Source: Chiloscyllium plagiosum (taxonomy: Eukaryota). From it: a DNA stretch of 64,000 nucleotides. The position numbers and the translations under genes are program-made. The notes beneath the pieces were generated by a model, which made no database searches, was not told the origin of the DNA, and saw only the letters and a list, made by a program, of their open reading frames with translations. The DNA is taken from assembly GCF_004010195.1 (NCBI RefSeq), contig NC_057749.1:8573423-8637422 (forward strand), written 5' to 3'. This document shows, in pieces, positions 51,432-64,000 of the stretch (position 1 is its first letter; each line of letters begins with the position of its first letter).

Positions 51432-51692
51432 ACATATAACCCCAACAGTTGGCCTATCAAGTCTGCACTGAGCCTCCAAGGAGCATCTGAACAGACCCAC
51501 CCAATCCCAGTAACCGAGTCTCTACCATGGTCAATCCACCTGACCTGCACATCTCTGGACTGTGGGAGGAAACCGGAGCATCCAGAGGGAACCCACGGAG
51601 AGAATGTACAAGCTACACCCAGACAGACTGGAATTGAACCTGGGTCCCTGGCGCAGTGAGGCAGCAGTGCTAACCACTGTGCCACCATGCCA
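51432..51692 (-). mobile_element. HE1-like SINE
   Basis: Same core. Confidence 0.8.
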
Positions 51693-52244
51693 ACCCAGTT
51701 GACAACATGGTTAACTCTTAAGTTCTCTCAGAAATGGCATTGTAGCTCATTCCATTCAAGGGCAACATGATGCCAACATTTGTGGAAGAGCGAAGAAGGA
51801 AAATGGGAGGTAAACAGTGTGGTTTTATTAAATGGTGACTCTGGCTCAATGGAACAAAAGGACTGTTCCTGCTCCCATGATTTATATTCTTGCATTGTTC
51901 TAAGCAGGTTCTCAAACTGTTCTCAAACCATATCTATGCTATAGTATCTCTTTGTTATTATGCCCAATAATAACATCGAAAACATTTTAGTTCTGGGCTG
52001 ACAAAGATTTCTGACCCATTGAGTTCAATGGGTGTGGATAAGTACTCCAGTCTGCTGTGTAGAAACACAGCAAATCCCTCAGTAAATTGCACTGATTCCA
52101 TCTGCTTAGCCTATAACTGTTCACTAGAAACCCAATCTATCAGCTTACTCTCAAGGATCAGTTGAAAGAACTGATCTTTCTAATCCTTAAAGCCCAATGC
52201 ACCATCTGGAGATATTTTCCAAAACAAGCTGTTCAGAGATATAA

Positions 52245-52936
52245 AATCCCTACAGTGTGGAAAGAGGCCCAACAAGTCCACACCGACCCTCCGAAGAGTA
52301 ACCCGCCCAGATCCATTTCCTCTATATTTACCAGGAGAAAGTGAGGACTGCAGATGCTGGAGATCAGAGCTGAAAATGTGTTGCTGGAAAAGCGCAGCAG
52401 GTCAGGCAGCATCTAAGGAGCAGGAGAATCGACGTTTCGGGCATGAGCCCTTCTTTAGGAATGGCTCTTCTTTAGGAATGGCTCATGCCCGAAACGTCGA
52501 TTCTCCTGCTCCTTGGATACTGCCTGACCTGCTGCGCTTTTCCAGCAACACATTTTCACCTCTATATTTACCTCTGACTAATGCACCTAACCCACACAAC
52601 ACTGAATACTGTGGGCAACTTAGATTAGAGATTAGATTAGATTACTTACAGTGTGGAAACAGGTCCTTCTGCCCAACAAGTCCACACCGACCCTCTGAAG
52701 AGCAACCCACCCAGACCCATTCCGCTACATTTACCCCTTCACATAAACAACGGGCAATTTAGCATGGCCAAATCACCTAACCTGCACATTTAGGAAACCA
52801 GAGCACCCTGAGGAAACCCACGCAGACACGGGAAGAATGTGCAAACTCCACACAGACAGTTGCCTGAGGCAGGAATTGAACCCGGGTCTCTGGCGTTGTG
52901 AGGCAGCAGTGCTGACCACTGTGCCGCCGTGCCACC
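52245..52936 (-). mobile_element. Two adjacent or nested HE1-like SINEs
   Basis: A tail fragment at 52245-52620 (containing the PLE insert) and a fuller copy at 52620-52936. Confidence 0.8.
52333..52558. mobile_element. Palindromic solo PLE terminal-repeat insertion inside a SINE
   Basis: 14-bp TSD CCTCTATATTTACC (52319-52332, 52559-52572). Two inverted arms, each with GCCCGAAACGTC. Confidence 0.85.
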
Positions 52937-53395
52937 CCAATTACCCAGCTCTGGAATTGTTGGGACTTGAACCGTGCCTGCTAGTTCAGAGGCAGGGATG
53001 TTATGACTGCACCACACGAGTCTTTATCCCTCCTCTGGGCAGACTGACTCAGCATCAGCAGCAACTGAAGTGGCATCCGTGATCTCGAGTCTTATAACTG
53101 TATATTCAGAACTGTTATAGAATCATAGTCATGCAGCACAGAAACAGACCCTTCAGTACAACCAGTCCAAGCCGAACATTATCCCAAACTAAACTAGTCC
53201 CATTTGCCTGCTCCTGGCCCATTTCCCTCCAAACATATCCTATTCAGTATCTATCCAAATATCTTTTAAACGTTGTAATTGTACCCATATCTACCACTTC
53301 ATTCCAAACGTGAACCACTCTCTGTGTAAAAAATGTGCCCCTCATGACTTTTTTAAATCTGTAATCTGTCTCCTCTCACTTTAAAATGTACCCCT

Positions 53396-54386
53396 CAAAG
53401 AAGGTGAGGACAGCAGATGGTAGAGATCAGTTGAGAGTGTGGTGCTGGAAAAGCACAGCAGGTCAGGCAGCATGTGTGGTGCTGGAAAAGCACAGCAGGT
53501 CAGGCAGCATCTGAGGAGCAGGAGAATCCATGTTTTGGACGTAAGCCCTTCATCAGGAATTGCGATAGTAGATGAAGGTGAGGGAGAAGGTGATAGGTCG
53601 GGGGGACATGAGCGGATCGATGGGAAAGGTGATGGACAGGTCAGGAGGGCAGTGCTGAGTTGGAGGTTGGGGACTGGGATAATGTGTGGGGAGGAAAATG
53701 AGGAAACTGATGAAATCCACTTAATCCCATGTGGATGCAGGGTCCCAAAGCGGAATATGAGGCGTTCTTTCTCCGGGGATCAGATGGTAAGGGTTTGGCG
53801 ATGGAGGAGGCCCAGGACCTGCATGTCCTTGCTGGAGCGGGAGGGGGACTTGAAGTGTTCAGCCACGGGGCGGTGGGGGTTGGTGGGTGTGGATGTCCCA
53901 GTGATGTTCTCTGAAATGATCCGCAAGAAGGCGTCCTGTCTCCCTGATGCAGAGGAGACCACATCGGGTGCAACAGATGCTGTAGATGACATTGGTAAAG
54001 GTACGAGTAAATTTCTGTTGGATGTGGAAGGATCCTTTGGGGCCTTGGACGGAGGTGAGGGGAGTGGTGTTGGTGGTGGGGTCTGTTTGGAGGTGGCGGA
54101 AGTGGCAAAGGATGATGCGATGTATGCGGAGGTTGGTGGGGTGGAAGGTGAGGACTGGGGGGGTTCTGTCCTTCTTGGACTCCAACTCAGCACTGTCCTC
54201 CTGACCTGTCCATCACCTTTCCCATCTATCTGCTCCACCCCACCCCGATCTATCACCTTCTCCCTCACCTTCATCTACCTATCGCTTTCTCAGCTACCTT
54301 ACCCCCAACCCCAAAACCCTCCTTCAGCCACCTGGCCCACAAGCCTCATTCCTGATGAAGGGCTTATACCCAAAATGTTGATTCAG
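53396..54386 (-). mobile_element. Penelope-like element fragment with an inverted terminal repeat, inserted in a CR1 tail
   Basis: The minus strand encodes DRTPPVLTFHP..NVIYSICCTRCGLLCIRETGRLLADHFREH (GIY-YIG). 54180-54386 is an inverted copy of the terminal repeat. Direct repeat ATGTACCCC at 53386-53394 and 54387-54395. Confidence 0.85.
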
Positions 54387-55354
54387 ATGTACCCCCTAGT
54401 CTACCTCAAAGTCCACTTTACCTGATGAAGGAGAAACATTGCAAAAGCTTGAGATTTCAAATGAACTGGTTAGACTATAATCTGGTGTTGTGACTTTTTC
54501 CACCCATTCCAATACCCAGTCCCAGAGCTAGTGATAGGGATTACGTTGGGACCCAGTAGTTGGTACCCAGGGCTCAAAGGGGCCTGCAGTGCTTGGTCTG
54601 GAGTGGGGTCAGGAGCAGGAATGAGGAACTTGATTTCTGACCCCAGCTCTGCTCCTTCCAATCCCTTCATATTCTTCCCAAAATGTGGCACCCACAACTA
54701 CATGCATTACTTCAGCTGAGGTCTTTGTGTAAGTTTAGCATCACATTTTGTACTCTATGATCCTACTAATAAAGCTCAGGATACTGAATGCTTCATTAAT
54801 TGATCCCCTTAATTATCCCAACCACCTTCAATAACCATTGCATATGTGCACTCAGGTCGCTGCACTCCTGCACCCCCTGAAGACTTATACCCATTATTTC
54901 ATATTGTCTGTCCTTATATTTCCAAGCTCAATAACTTGTGGAGCCGGAATAAGCATAGCAGGTCAGATGGCAACCAAGGAGCAGGAGAGTCAACGTTTCA
55001 GGCACAAGCCTTTCATCAGGAGTCCCTATGAAGAGTCCTGCCTGAAACATTAATTCTCCTGCTCCTCAGATGCTTTTTCCAACACCACACTTTATCAACT
55101 CTGACTCTCCAGCATCTGCAGTCTTCACTATCTACTTACATTTCCAAACAAAGTGCAGAACTTTTGGAGTTCTGCACCACTCATGCTTCGAAGTTTAGTA
55201 TCAGCCACAAACTTTCAACTTGTCCTCTGCACGCTCACTTCTGTGTCATTAAGAAAAAAAGAAGTGTCCCACTACCAACCCCTGGGGAACTCCACTGCAA
55301 CCTTCCTCCAGCCCAAACAACATTCATTAGCCACTGTTCCCAATTTCCCATAGA

Positions 55355-55610
55355 AGTTGTAGATAGAGTCACCGAGTTGTAAGCACAGAAACAGACCCTT
55401 CAGTCCAACTCATCCACGCTGACCAGCCATTCCAATCTGACCAACTCCCATCTGCCAGCATTTGGCCCATATCCCTCTAAACCCTCCCTATTCATGTACC
55501 CATCCAGATGCCTTTTAAATGTTGTAATTGTACCAGCTTCCACCACTTCCTCTTGCAGCTCGTTCCATTCATGCACCACGCTCTGTGTGAAAAGGTCACC
55601 CCTCCGATCT
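55355..55610 (-). mobile_element. CR1 LINE 3' end
   Basis: Near copy of 48430-48680. Confidence 0.85.
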
Positions 55611-56513
55611 TGTAATTTCCCATCTGGAGTGCCAGAGAGAGTGAAAACCTGGTGTTTGAGCAGATCTGTGCATTAACAACCCAATAGCCTTCACAAGTGT
55701 CTTGCCCTGTTCATGCATGCTTTTCCTCTGAAGGTGAAATCGTCTTTGTCTTATTTTTACTGAATCCCTTGCCAAGCTGTGCATTAATGATCCTTGGAAG
55801 CTTCCTGTCCCCTTTATGCTGTGTTTAAGATCCCTTGTGCCCTTCACAGGCCAATGAAGTAAATTGCGATCAAACATTTCCCTTCGTGCGACATGAAACA
55901 TGCCAGCTCCTTGCTGACGGGCAGCTGTTTGCTCGGAGGCATTTTACAAGAATTTTAGCTGAAGAGTACACTTTGCAATGTAACACAAAGGCACAGATGT
56001 CATTGAGGCTAGTTTTAGGTCAGCACTTTATAAAGCTGCTAACCTCATCTGAAATCGCTGTGCTAATGGAGTGACTTGTCCTTGTCCATAATTAGGTCTG
56101 CTGAGTGCTGACTTTGTTTTGTGAGGCTAATTGAGTCTCATGCACGTATATGTATATACAAAGGGATACAGTATACAGAACAGAATGCAGGAGTGTTCTG
56201 ACCGCAGTGCAGTTCTGCAATTGAAGAGACCTCATTAACTCCTGGCATCCATGCTTGACAAACCTACTGGAGTTCTTTGAGGATGTAACTAGTAGAGTTG
56301 ATGATGGCGAGCCAGTGGATGTGGTTTATTTAATTTTTTAAAAAGTTTAATTTATCCACTCATGGGATGTGACTAAGCTGACATTTATTGCCCATCCCTC
56401 ATTGCCCAGAGGGAAGTTAAGAGTTAACCACATTGCTAAGGGTCTGGAGTCACATATGGGCCAGATCAGGTAAGGATGACAGTTTCCTTCCCCTAAAGGA
56501 CTTTAGTGAACCA

Positions 56514-56726
56514 AAAGAGAAAATGCTGGAAAATCTCAGCAGGTCTGGCAGCATCTGTAAGGAGAGAAAAGAGCTGACAAAGCTTTGACAAAGGGTCAGT
56601 TAGACTCGAAACGTCAGCTCTTTTCTCTCCTTACAGATGCTGCCAGACCTGCTGAGATTTTACAGCATTTTCTCTTTTGGCTTCAGATTCCAGCATCCGC
56701 AGTAATTTGCTTTTATCCAGTTTTAT
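56514..56726. mobile_element. Palindromic solo PLE terminal-repeat insertion inside a SINE
   Basis: 14-bp TSD ACTTTAGTGAACCA (56500-56513, 56727-56740). Inverted arms, with GACTCGAAACGTC in one arm. Confidence 0.85.
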
Positions 56727-56959
56727 ACTTTAGTGAACCAGATGGTTTTTCTCCAGCGATTGACAGTGGATTCATGGTCATCATTAGACGCTAAATTCCA
56801 GATTTTTATTGAACTCAAATTCCACCATCTATCACGATGGGACTCAAACTTGGGTCCCCAGGACATTACCTGGGTCCCTAGATTAACAGTCTAGAGATAA
56901 CACCACTGGACCATCTCTTCCCAGAGTTTCTGAATTTGGACTTTCAGAAGTCTTTCATC

Positions 56960-57300
56960 ACACCCACCTAAGAGATCAGTGTACACAAAGCAATGTGGCT
57001 TCTTGCACTTTCCTATCACAAGAAGCAGCAGATATTCAATGCCATCCACATTGCTGCAGACCACAGCAGCAACACCCCGACCCCCGGCTTCATTTTCCAC
57101 CATTGCACGTCCCAGCTTTAAACACTAAAGAATGACTTGGTAAATGACGGCAGTTTCATCTGCGTTACAGATGTCCCCTGATGTGTTCTTGCTCAGGAGG
57201 TGAGAGAGACCAGCTTACAGCTGACACTGCAGACTCACCCATGACTCGGCACTCTCACTCTACAATCAGTTCCGATTGGTTGGCACAGTCATATGGCCAG
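56960..57300 (-). pseudogene. pogo/Tigger DDE transposase relic
   Basis: The minus strand encodes HGESA, DICNADETAVIY and VCSNVDGIEYLLLLVIGKCKKPHCF, matching the pogo-family motifs (NxDETG; CxNxxG..LxVIGKxxxPxCF), in broken frames. Confidence 0.75.
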
Positions 57301-57627
57301 CACACCCAAGTTCCGCTACTCAGGAAATAGCAATCAAGAACTTCATTTATAATGGGTGCCCTTCAAATTGGATGTCTCATCCTGTGGATGGGAATAGCTA
57401 ACTATTTCAGCACATCCAGTTTCTGAATTTGACTCATCAATTTTGCTGTACAGGGGGTCACCGATGCCCAATGTCTTACTAAAGAACATCCGATTTATGA
57501 ACATAATCCAATACAGGCGTGCAATTTAAACAATCTAATATTCAAATGTTTCCTGTAGTAATGAGGGGTCACTATATTCTCCTGCATTGTATTCTGACTT
57601 GCATTCACATCCATTTACAAACGAACT

Positions 57628-58215
57628 TGATTCCAGCCTCGGGTGACTGTTTGTGTGGAGTTTGCACATTCTCCCCATGTCTGCATGGGTTTCCACTTTG
57701 TGCTCTAGCTTCCTCCCACAGTCCAAAGATGTGCAGGTTAGGTGAATTGCCCATAGTGTTCAGGGATGTGTAGGATGGGTGGATTGGCCATGGGAAACAC
57801 AAGGTTACAGAGATGGGGTAGGGGTCTGGGTGATATGTCTTTTTAAAATACATTTATGGGATTGGGTGTTGCTGGCTGGACCAGCATTGATAGCCCATCC
57901 CAATTTGCCTTTGAGAAGGTGGGGGTGAGTTGCCTCCTTGAATCGCGGCAGTCCACCTGCTGTTGGTTGACCCACAATGTTGGTAGGAAGGGAATTCCAG
58001 GATTTTGACCCAACGACTGTGAAGGAACGGCGATGTATTTCCAAGGCAGGATGGTGAGTGGCTTGGAGGGGAACTTGCAGGTGGTGGTGTTCCCATGTAT
58101 CTGCTGTCCTTGTCCTTCTAGATGGAAGTGGCCGTGGGTTTGGAAGGTGCTGTCTTCAGAGGGTCAGTATGGACTTGTCGGGTTGCATGGCCTGGTTCCA
58201 CACTGTAAGGATCCC
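57628..58215 (+). mobile_element. HE1-like SINE interrupted by a minus-strand LINE tail (about 57840-58155)
   Basis: SINE core at 57628-57835 with the tail resuming near 58155. The insert matches 44030-44340. Confidence 0.75.
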
Positions 58216-58734
58216 ATCTATTTGAATGTATGAATAAGAGTAGGCCATTCAGCCCCACGAACCTGTTCCATCTTTCAATGAGATTGTGATTGATCTCGAT
58301 CCCAACACTTTCAATCTGATTTGCCTCCTTGTCTTTTGTTTTAATTCCAGTGGCTGCCAATCTATCAATCAACATGATTTATTGCGCTGACTGCAATGCT
58401 TCTTTTTGCAGGAGAGATTGAGTTCTAGATGTCCACCATTCTTTTCCAAGAAGGAAGCCTTCCTCATTTCTGTCCATGATGCTTTGATCTTAATGTTACA
58501 TCATCTTGTCTTTGACTTCCCAACCTACAGTAATGATCTCTACCCCCATCAATCCCTTTTAAGTTCCTCAATACAAACATAATTAAATTAACCTCTTAAC
58601 CTTCCAAACTCCACAATATATGAACCTGGCCTGTGTATTCTCTCTGTATATTCCAGTTCATTGAACCCTGGTGATCAAATCACCACAGCACATTCTAAGT
58701 GCATGAACTATTGATACAGTTCCAGTTGGAGATC

Positions 58735-59000
58735 CATCTATCAACAAACACATTGACTTGGATCCCATTTACCACTCCCTGAAAAAAAGAACAGGAAATG
58801 ACATCACTACAGGAAATGATATTACGAACCCAAAGAAACCCAAATAGAAAGCAGGAAACACCAGCAGTGCTTCGTCCGGAGGCTCACTGAAGATGTTTCC
58901 TATTATGGTGATGAAGTGTCTGGAAATGAAGCTCCCAGCTCAGCGAGCAAAAATACATCCAGAACCTCAACCTAAGCTACAAATCTTCTCAACATTTGCT
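58735..59000 (+). mobile_element. Penelope-like element 3' end (same family as 37740-38574)
   Basis: Encodes SINKHIDLDPIYH, followed by a decayed hammerhead (CTGAAGATGTTTCC...) and the tail CAAATCTTCTCAA. Confidence 0.75.
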
Positions 59001-59459
59001 AACAGCAGCAGCAGATTTAGGGAACGCCAAAATCATCAACTGGATGCTGACAATTGGAAATGCCAACAGAAATTGCTGGAGAAACTCTGGCAGCATCTGT
59101 GGAGAGAAAGTAGAGTTAATGTTTCAAATCCAGTGACCCTTCAGCAAATGTTAATGCCACCACCTGCAAGTTCCCCTCCAAGCCATTCACTATCCCAACT
59201 TGGAAAGGTATCACCATTCCTTCAGTGTCACTGGGTCAAATCCCTGGAATTCTATCCATAATGGCATTCTGGGTTTACCTACAGCACAGGGACTGCTGCA
59301 GTTCAGATGATAATGCACCACCCCCTTGTTGAGGGCAATTAGGGTTGGGCAATCAAAGCTGGCCCACGTGTGTATCCAGTGATAGGTAAAAATAAAACCC
59401 GATTTCACACAGCAACCTCTTGACTTGACTTGAGGGAAACATAGGAATGAACAAAGAGC

Positions 59460-59950
59460 AAGCATCTGTACAGCACAGAAACAGGCCCTTCAGCCCATCA
59501 AGCCTGTGTTGACACACAATGCCTTTTGCTGTCTCTATCCTTGAGTTCCCTGCGATTCGTGTATCTGTCAAGATGCCTCTTAACTCTTGTATCTGCCTCC
59601 ACCAACTCCTCTGGCAGCACATTCCAGGCACTTAGCACCCTCTGTCTCTCACATCACCATTAAACTTACTCCTTTTTACTTTAAACCCATGTTCCTTAGC
59701 AATTGCCTTTCCATCCTGGGAAAAAGACTCCGATGATCCATTCTATCCCCGCCTCTCATAATTTTGTAAGCTTCTATCAGGCTGCCCCTCACCCTTTGAC
59801 ATTCAAATAAAAACAACCCGAGTTTGTCCAATCTCTCCTTGTAGCTAATATCCTCCAAACCAGGCAGCGTCCTGGCAAACCTTTTCTGTACCCACTCCAA
59901 AGTCTCCACATCATTCTGGTAGTGTGACAACCAGAACTGAACGCAATACT
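59460..59950 (-). mobile_element. CR1 LINE 3' fragment
   Basis: LEWVQKRFARTLPGLEDISYKERLDKLGLF. Confidence 0.85.
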
Positions 59951-60370
59951 ATGTTGCAGATCTGATTAGAAATGCTCTACAAAATAAATTACTTCACCAT
60001 TAACTAATGGAAATTAATTTTGAGACCTTGCTGGAGCCTAGATGGTTACCATAGAGACTGTTGATATGAGGCATCAGCTCCGGTACAGAATGTGAGACAG
60101 TCTAATGCACTGAAGTAAATGTAAATCTACTGTCATTTCTGATATCAAAATCTTTCCTGGAAATTCCATAAAGCTGATTTTTTCAAGTAAAGTCTTTTAT
60201 GCAGAGATTATACATGTTAAACTTGGCAAAAAAAAAACTCCAGCATTGAATGAAAACAGGCTTGTCATTTCTGTTGGACTCACTCCACAAGACCACAGAA
60301 CTTGAGTCTAGATCAGAGTGGTGCTGGAAAAGCACAGTAGTTCAGGCAGCACCCGAGGAGCAGGAAAATC

Positions 60371-60398
60371 GACGTTTCGGGCAAAAGCCCTTCATCAG
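60371..60398 (-). ncRNA. Minimal hammerhead ribozyme core in a solo PLE terminal repeat (about 60305-60430)
   Basis: The minus strand reads CTGATGA-A-GGGC-TTTT-GCCC-GAAA-CGTC, identical to 41554-41581. Confidence 0.8.
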
Positions 60399-60582
60399 GA
60401 ATACAGGCAGAGAGCCTGAAGGGTGGAGACACAAGCAAAAACAGAAATTGCTGGAGAATGCCTCTTTTATGAGCTTTGGCCTTCAGGATCACTAGACCCA
60501 AGTCATCATCTGTTTCTCTCTCCCCCAATCATGGCAAACTTGCTGAGTTTCTCCAGCAATCAGTTTTTATTTATTTCAAATC

Positions 60583-61110
60583 AGGAGTACTGTGACCAAT
60601 TCTGGTCACCTAGTTATACAAAGGATGTTATTAAGTTGGAGAGGGTTCAGAAGAGATTTACTAGAATGTTGCCAGTATGGAAGGTTTGAGTTATAAAGAA
60701 TAGTTGGATAGGCTGGGACATTTTTCCCCAGAGTGTAGGAGGTTGAGAGGTGACCTTATAGTAGTTTATAAAATCATGAGGCACATAGATAGGTTTAATA
60801 GTAGTTGTCTTTTCTCTAAGATGGGGGATGTCAAGACTAGGGGGCACATTTTCAAGGTGACAGGAGAGAGATTTAAAAAAGATACAAGAGGCAAATGTTT
60901 TACACAGAGAGTGGTTCATGGGTGGAATGAATTTCCTGAGGAATTGGTGGATGTAAATACAATTACAATGTTTAAAAGACATTTGGATAAGTACATGAAT
61001 AGGAAAGGTTTGGAGAGATATGAGCCAGGAGCAGGCAGGTGGAACTGGTTTATGTTCGGCATGGACTGGTTAGACCAATAGGTCTATTTCCATGCTGTAC
61101 CACTCTATCT
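60583..61110 (+). mobile_element. CR1 LINE 3' end
   Basis: EYCDQFWSP..RRLRGDLIVVYKI..TRGHIFKV..FTQRVVHGWNEFP. Confidence 0.9.
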
Positions 61111-62454
61111 CCAGCATCCACACTTCTTTTTTTTAACAAAACCTCAACCTGCTTGGGCAGGTGAAGAAAAATCAGGGTAAGCTGTTGTGCCACTTAGCGA
61201 TAACGTGGCCTTATAATTTTCAAAATCTCAAATGTAAATAATGTTTCCCTGGACAAAATATTGTTTGATGATGGAAGAGCATGGTAAGTGAAAATTAGTG
61301 TAAATTAAATATATTATTTGATCAATTTAATGCCCCTTTATGATGATGACTATCACCTCTACATACTCTACTGTGGGCAATGGTCTAGCATTTATTGCAG
61401 TGTGCATTATATTAATAGCTCTCTCAATTGAATCAGTTAGCAATTTCCTTTAAATAGAAGATGTTCCAGTTAATTATATCCATACGTTCTGACTGACTGG
61501 ACACTCAATGATTTAGTGATGAGAAGTTTGTGTGGGAAATGCTTTTACATGCATACTGTTAAATGAAATCCTGACTGGTTATGTGGCACCGAAATGCCTG
61601 TGGATGGTTCCTAAAATAACTCCATAGAGGCCGATATCCCGTAACCAAGTCACCCTTTATTTACACTAATTGCACTGGTTCAGCTCCCTCAGTGACAACT
61701 CCAAGAGTGAACAGAACCTCTGACCCTCCTGATTACATCTGTCAGCCCAGGCTGCCTGATTGTCAGCTCCAATCAGGGAACTCATATTCTCTCCAAACCT
61801 TTCCTATTCACGTCGCAGTCCAAATGTCTTTTTAAATGTTGTAATGGTACTCACATCCACCACTTTCTCAGGAAATTCATTCCACATGCAAACCATTCTC
61901 TGTGTAAAAAATTTTGCCCTCATGTCTTTTTTAAATCTCTCTCCTCTCACCTAGACTATGAGGTCCAGCTATCTGACCTCGTTACAATTACTGCATCTCC
62001 TAAACAAGTTCATGTCTTGACACACAGTGAGGAGTGCTGGCACATTCCTTCTAAGGCATAAAAACAGACAATGAAAAGGAATTTTGCAGGAGATTCTAAT
62101 TGTTATTGATTAGCTAACCAGCACCAAACAATAATGTGTATTGCCCAATATTGCAGGATGGTACAATATTTTTGATTGAACAATGATAATGCACACAAGG
62201 AGTGTGTGCCCTTCAGAAATTAAACACTCCGATCTCAGCAACATTGCAGAATAAAAGCAAAACACTGCGGATGCTGGAAATCTGAAACAAACACAGAGAA
62301 TGGTGGAGAAACTCAACAGGGTCTGGCAGCATCTGTGGATTGAGAGAAACAGAGTTAACGTTTCAAATCTGGCATCAGTCTCCTTCAGAACTAACTGCTC
62401 TTCAGAGTCGAAATTCTGAAGATGAGTACACTGGACTCAAACACAATTCACAAG

Positions 62455-62650
62455 CTTTAGCCAACATTTATCCCTCAGTCAACACTTCAAACAGATTATC
62501 TGGTCATTTATCACATTACTGTCTAGGAGAGTTTGCAGTGCACACATTGGCTGCTACATATGTCACATGACAATGGTGCCTCTATTTCAGAAGCACGTCA
62601 TCTGCAATAAAATACTTTGAAGTCACAAACTCTTCCATAAGACGTAGGTT
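62455..62650 (+). mobile_element. Deu-domain SINE (SacSINE1/AmnSINE1-like) fragment
   Basis: AACAGATTATCTGGTCATTTATCACATT..ATTGGCTGC resembles the Deu domain as I recall it. Confidence 0.65.
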
Positions 62651-64000
62651 TAATTTTTTTAACCCTTATTTTAAGTACGATACATTTTTAAGTTTTCAAG
62701 CAATCGACCTCGATCAAAGAATTAAACATTCGGGCTTTGAGCAAACTTCAGTGTCACTGTCCAAAGCTGACTAACTGCAAGGAATGCCTGAGTGGTGTCA
62801 GAAGAATTCCCCTCCATGTCCTTCCAAGCGTTTCCCTTTCTGTGGCAATTGGTTTCCCCAGTTGAATAGCAATTTCTTACCTTCTGCTTCATTGCAACAA
62901 AGGCATGGGTATATAAGATAGTGGAATTAAATTTTGCTGAGGGAGTCAGTTCCCTTGCCAAACTGCTGAATATTCCTGATTTCTTAACCTGCCACATTCC
63001 TTTACATCCCCTTCAGGAAGTCACCTTAATAAATTGCATCAGGTTCAATAGAATGACAGTCTGACTGGATTGCAAGTCACCACTGAGTCTTTCATGTGCT
63101 GACTTACTAAATCCCAGAGGATGACCCTCTTCTGTTTTTGACATGCCTTCTTCCAATTGCCCCCTGTAATTATTTTTAAATGCACGTTTCCATTGCTGTT
63201 GCATTCAGGTCTGTTTCTTTGATGCTGCTCTTTCTTTGAAGTTATCAATTCAAATTGAAGTGGAGGAGTCAGTGTCAGTAATATGGGGCGAACACAGAGA
63301 ATGCTGTGGAAACTTAGCAGGTCTGGCAGCTTCCTTGGAGAGAGAAATGGGGTTAACGTTTCACGTCCAGTGTGACTCGTCAGAATTTCAACTCTGAAGA
63401 GCAATTAGTCTGAAGAAGACTGATGCCAGATTTGAAACGTTAACTCTGTTTCTCTCATTGCACAGATGCTGCCAGACACTGTTGAGATTCTCCAGCATTC
63501 TCTGTGTTTGTTTCAGATTTCCAGCATCTGCAGTGTTTTGCTTTTATTCTATAATGTTGCTTAGATGGCCGTGTTCAATTTCTGAAGGACACAAAACTCC
63601 TTGTATGCATTATCATTGTTCAATCAGAAAATCCAAATTTTACCATGTACCAATAAGGTCAATCTCGTATTAATCTTATGTCTGCAGCTGTGTATTACTG
63701 TTCCTCCCAGAGTAAGAAAAAGATCTTGCATTTGTATAGTGCTTACATCCTAAAGCTATCCATGACCAGTGCAATACTCAAAAATAGTCAGTGTTCTAAA
63801 GTAGGAAAGTGTCATGGTCATTTTTATGCACAATTTTCCAGAAACAGCAATGTCATAAATGGCTACGTCATTTGTTCTTTTCTCAGGTCTAAATGTTAAC
63901 TCTAGCTATCAAAAATCTGCCTGTTTTTCCCTGAAAAGAGCCAAGAATTTTCTTACATCTGTCCAAGAGGCCCGTAGTGTCTAGATTTAATGGTACTTCT

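Noticed and set aside
53439..54425. 328-aa plus-strand ORF
   Set aside because: Antisense reading of a Penelope fragment and its terminal repeats.
1..64000. Exons of the expected syntenic neighbours COX5A or SCAMP5
   Set aside because: I found no recognisable coding match by eye; small or non-coding exons cannot be excluded.

Overview
Repeat-rich vertebrate DNA. The HE1/V-SINE-like SINEs, Deu-domain SINEs, CR1 LINEs and Penelope-like elements point to an elasmobranch (shark) genome. I can support only one host protein-coding gene: an intronless, GC/CpG-rich Alba-domain RNase P/MRP subunit, best matching RPP25, on the minus strand at 22385-23038. Two local arrays flank it. Immediately downstream of the stop codon is a 10-unit tandem array derived from a tRNA-like SINE head, in the sense orientation of the mRNA. 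Upstream is a roughly 800-bp array of about 20-25 TGCAAAA(CTGGG)-core motifs with variable spacers. The rest is layered mobile DNA: CR1 and other LINE fragments, several SINE families, Penelope-like elements and their palindromic solo terminal repeats carrying minimal hammerhead ribozyme cores, a decayed hAT-Charlie transposon, Tigger-type MITEs, a pogo transposase relic and short solo LTRs. There are also several local templated copies and inverted duplications. Assembly gaps lie at 4576-4995 and 25862-25874. Family names come from recalled consensus features, not database searches. Repeat boundaries without a stated target-site duplication (TSD) are approximate.
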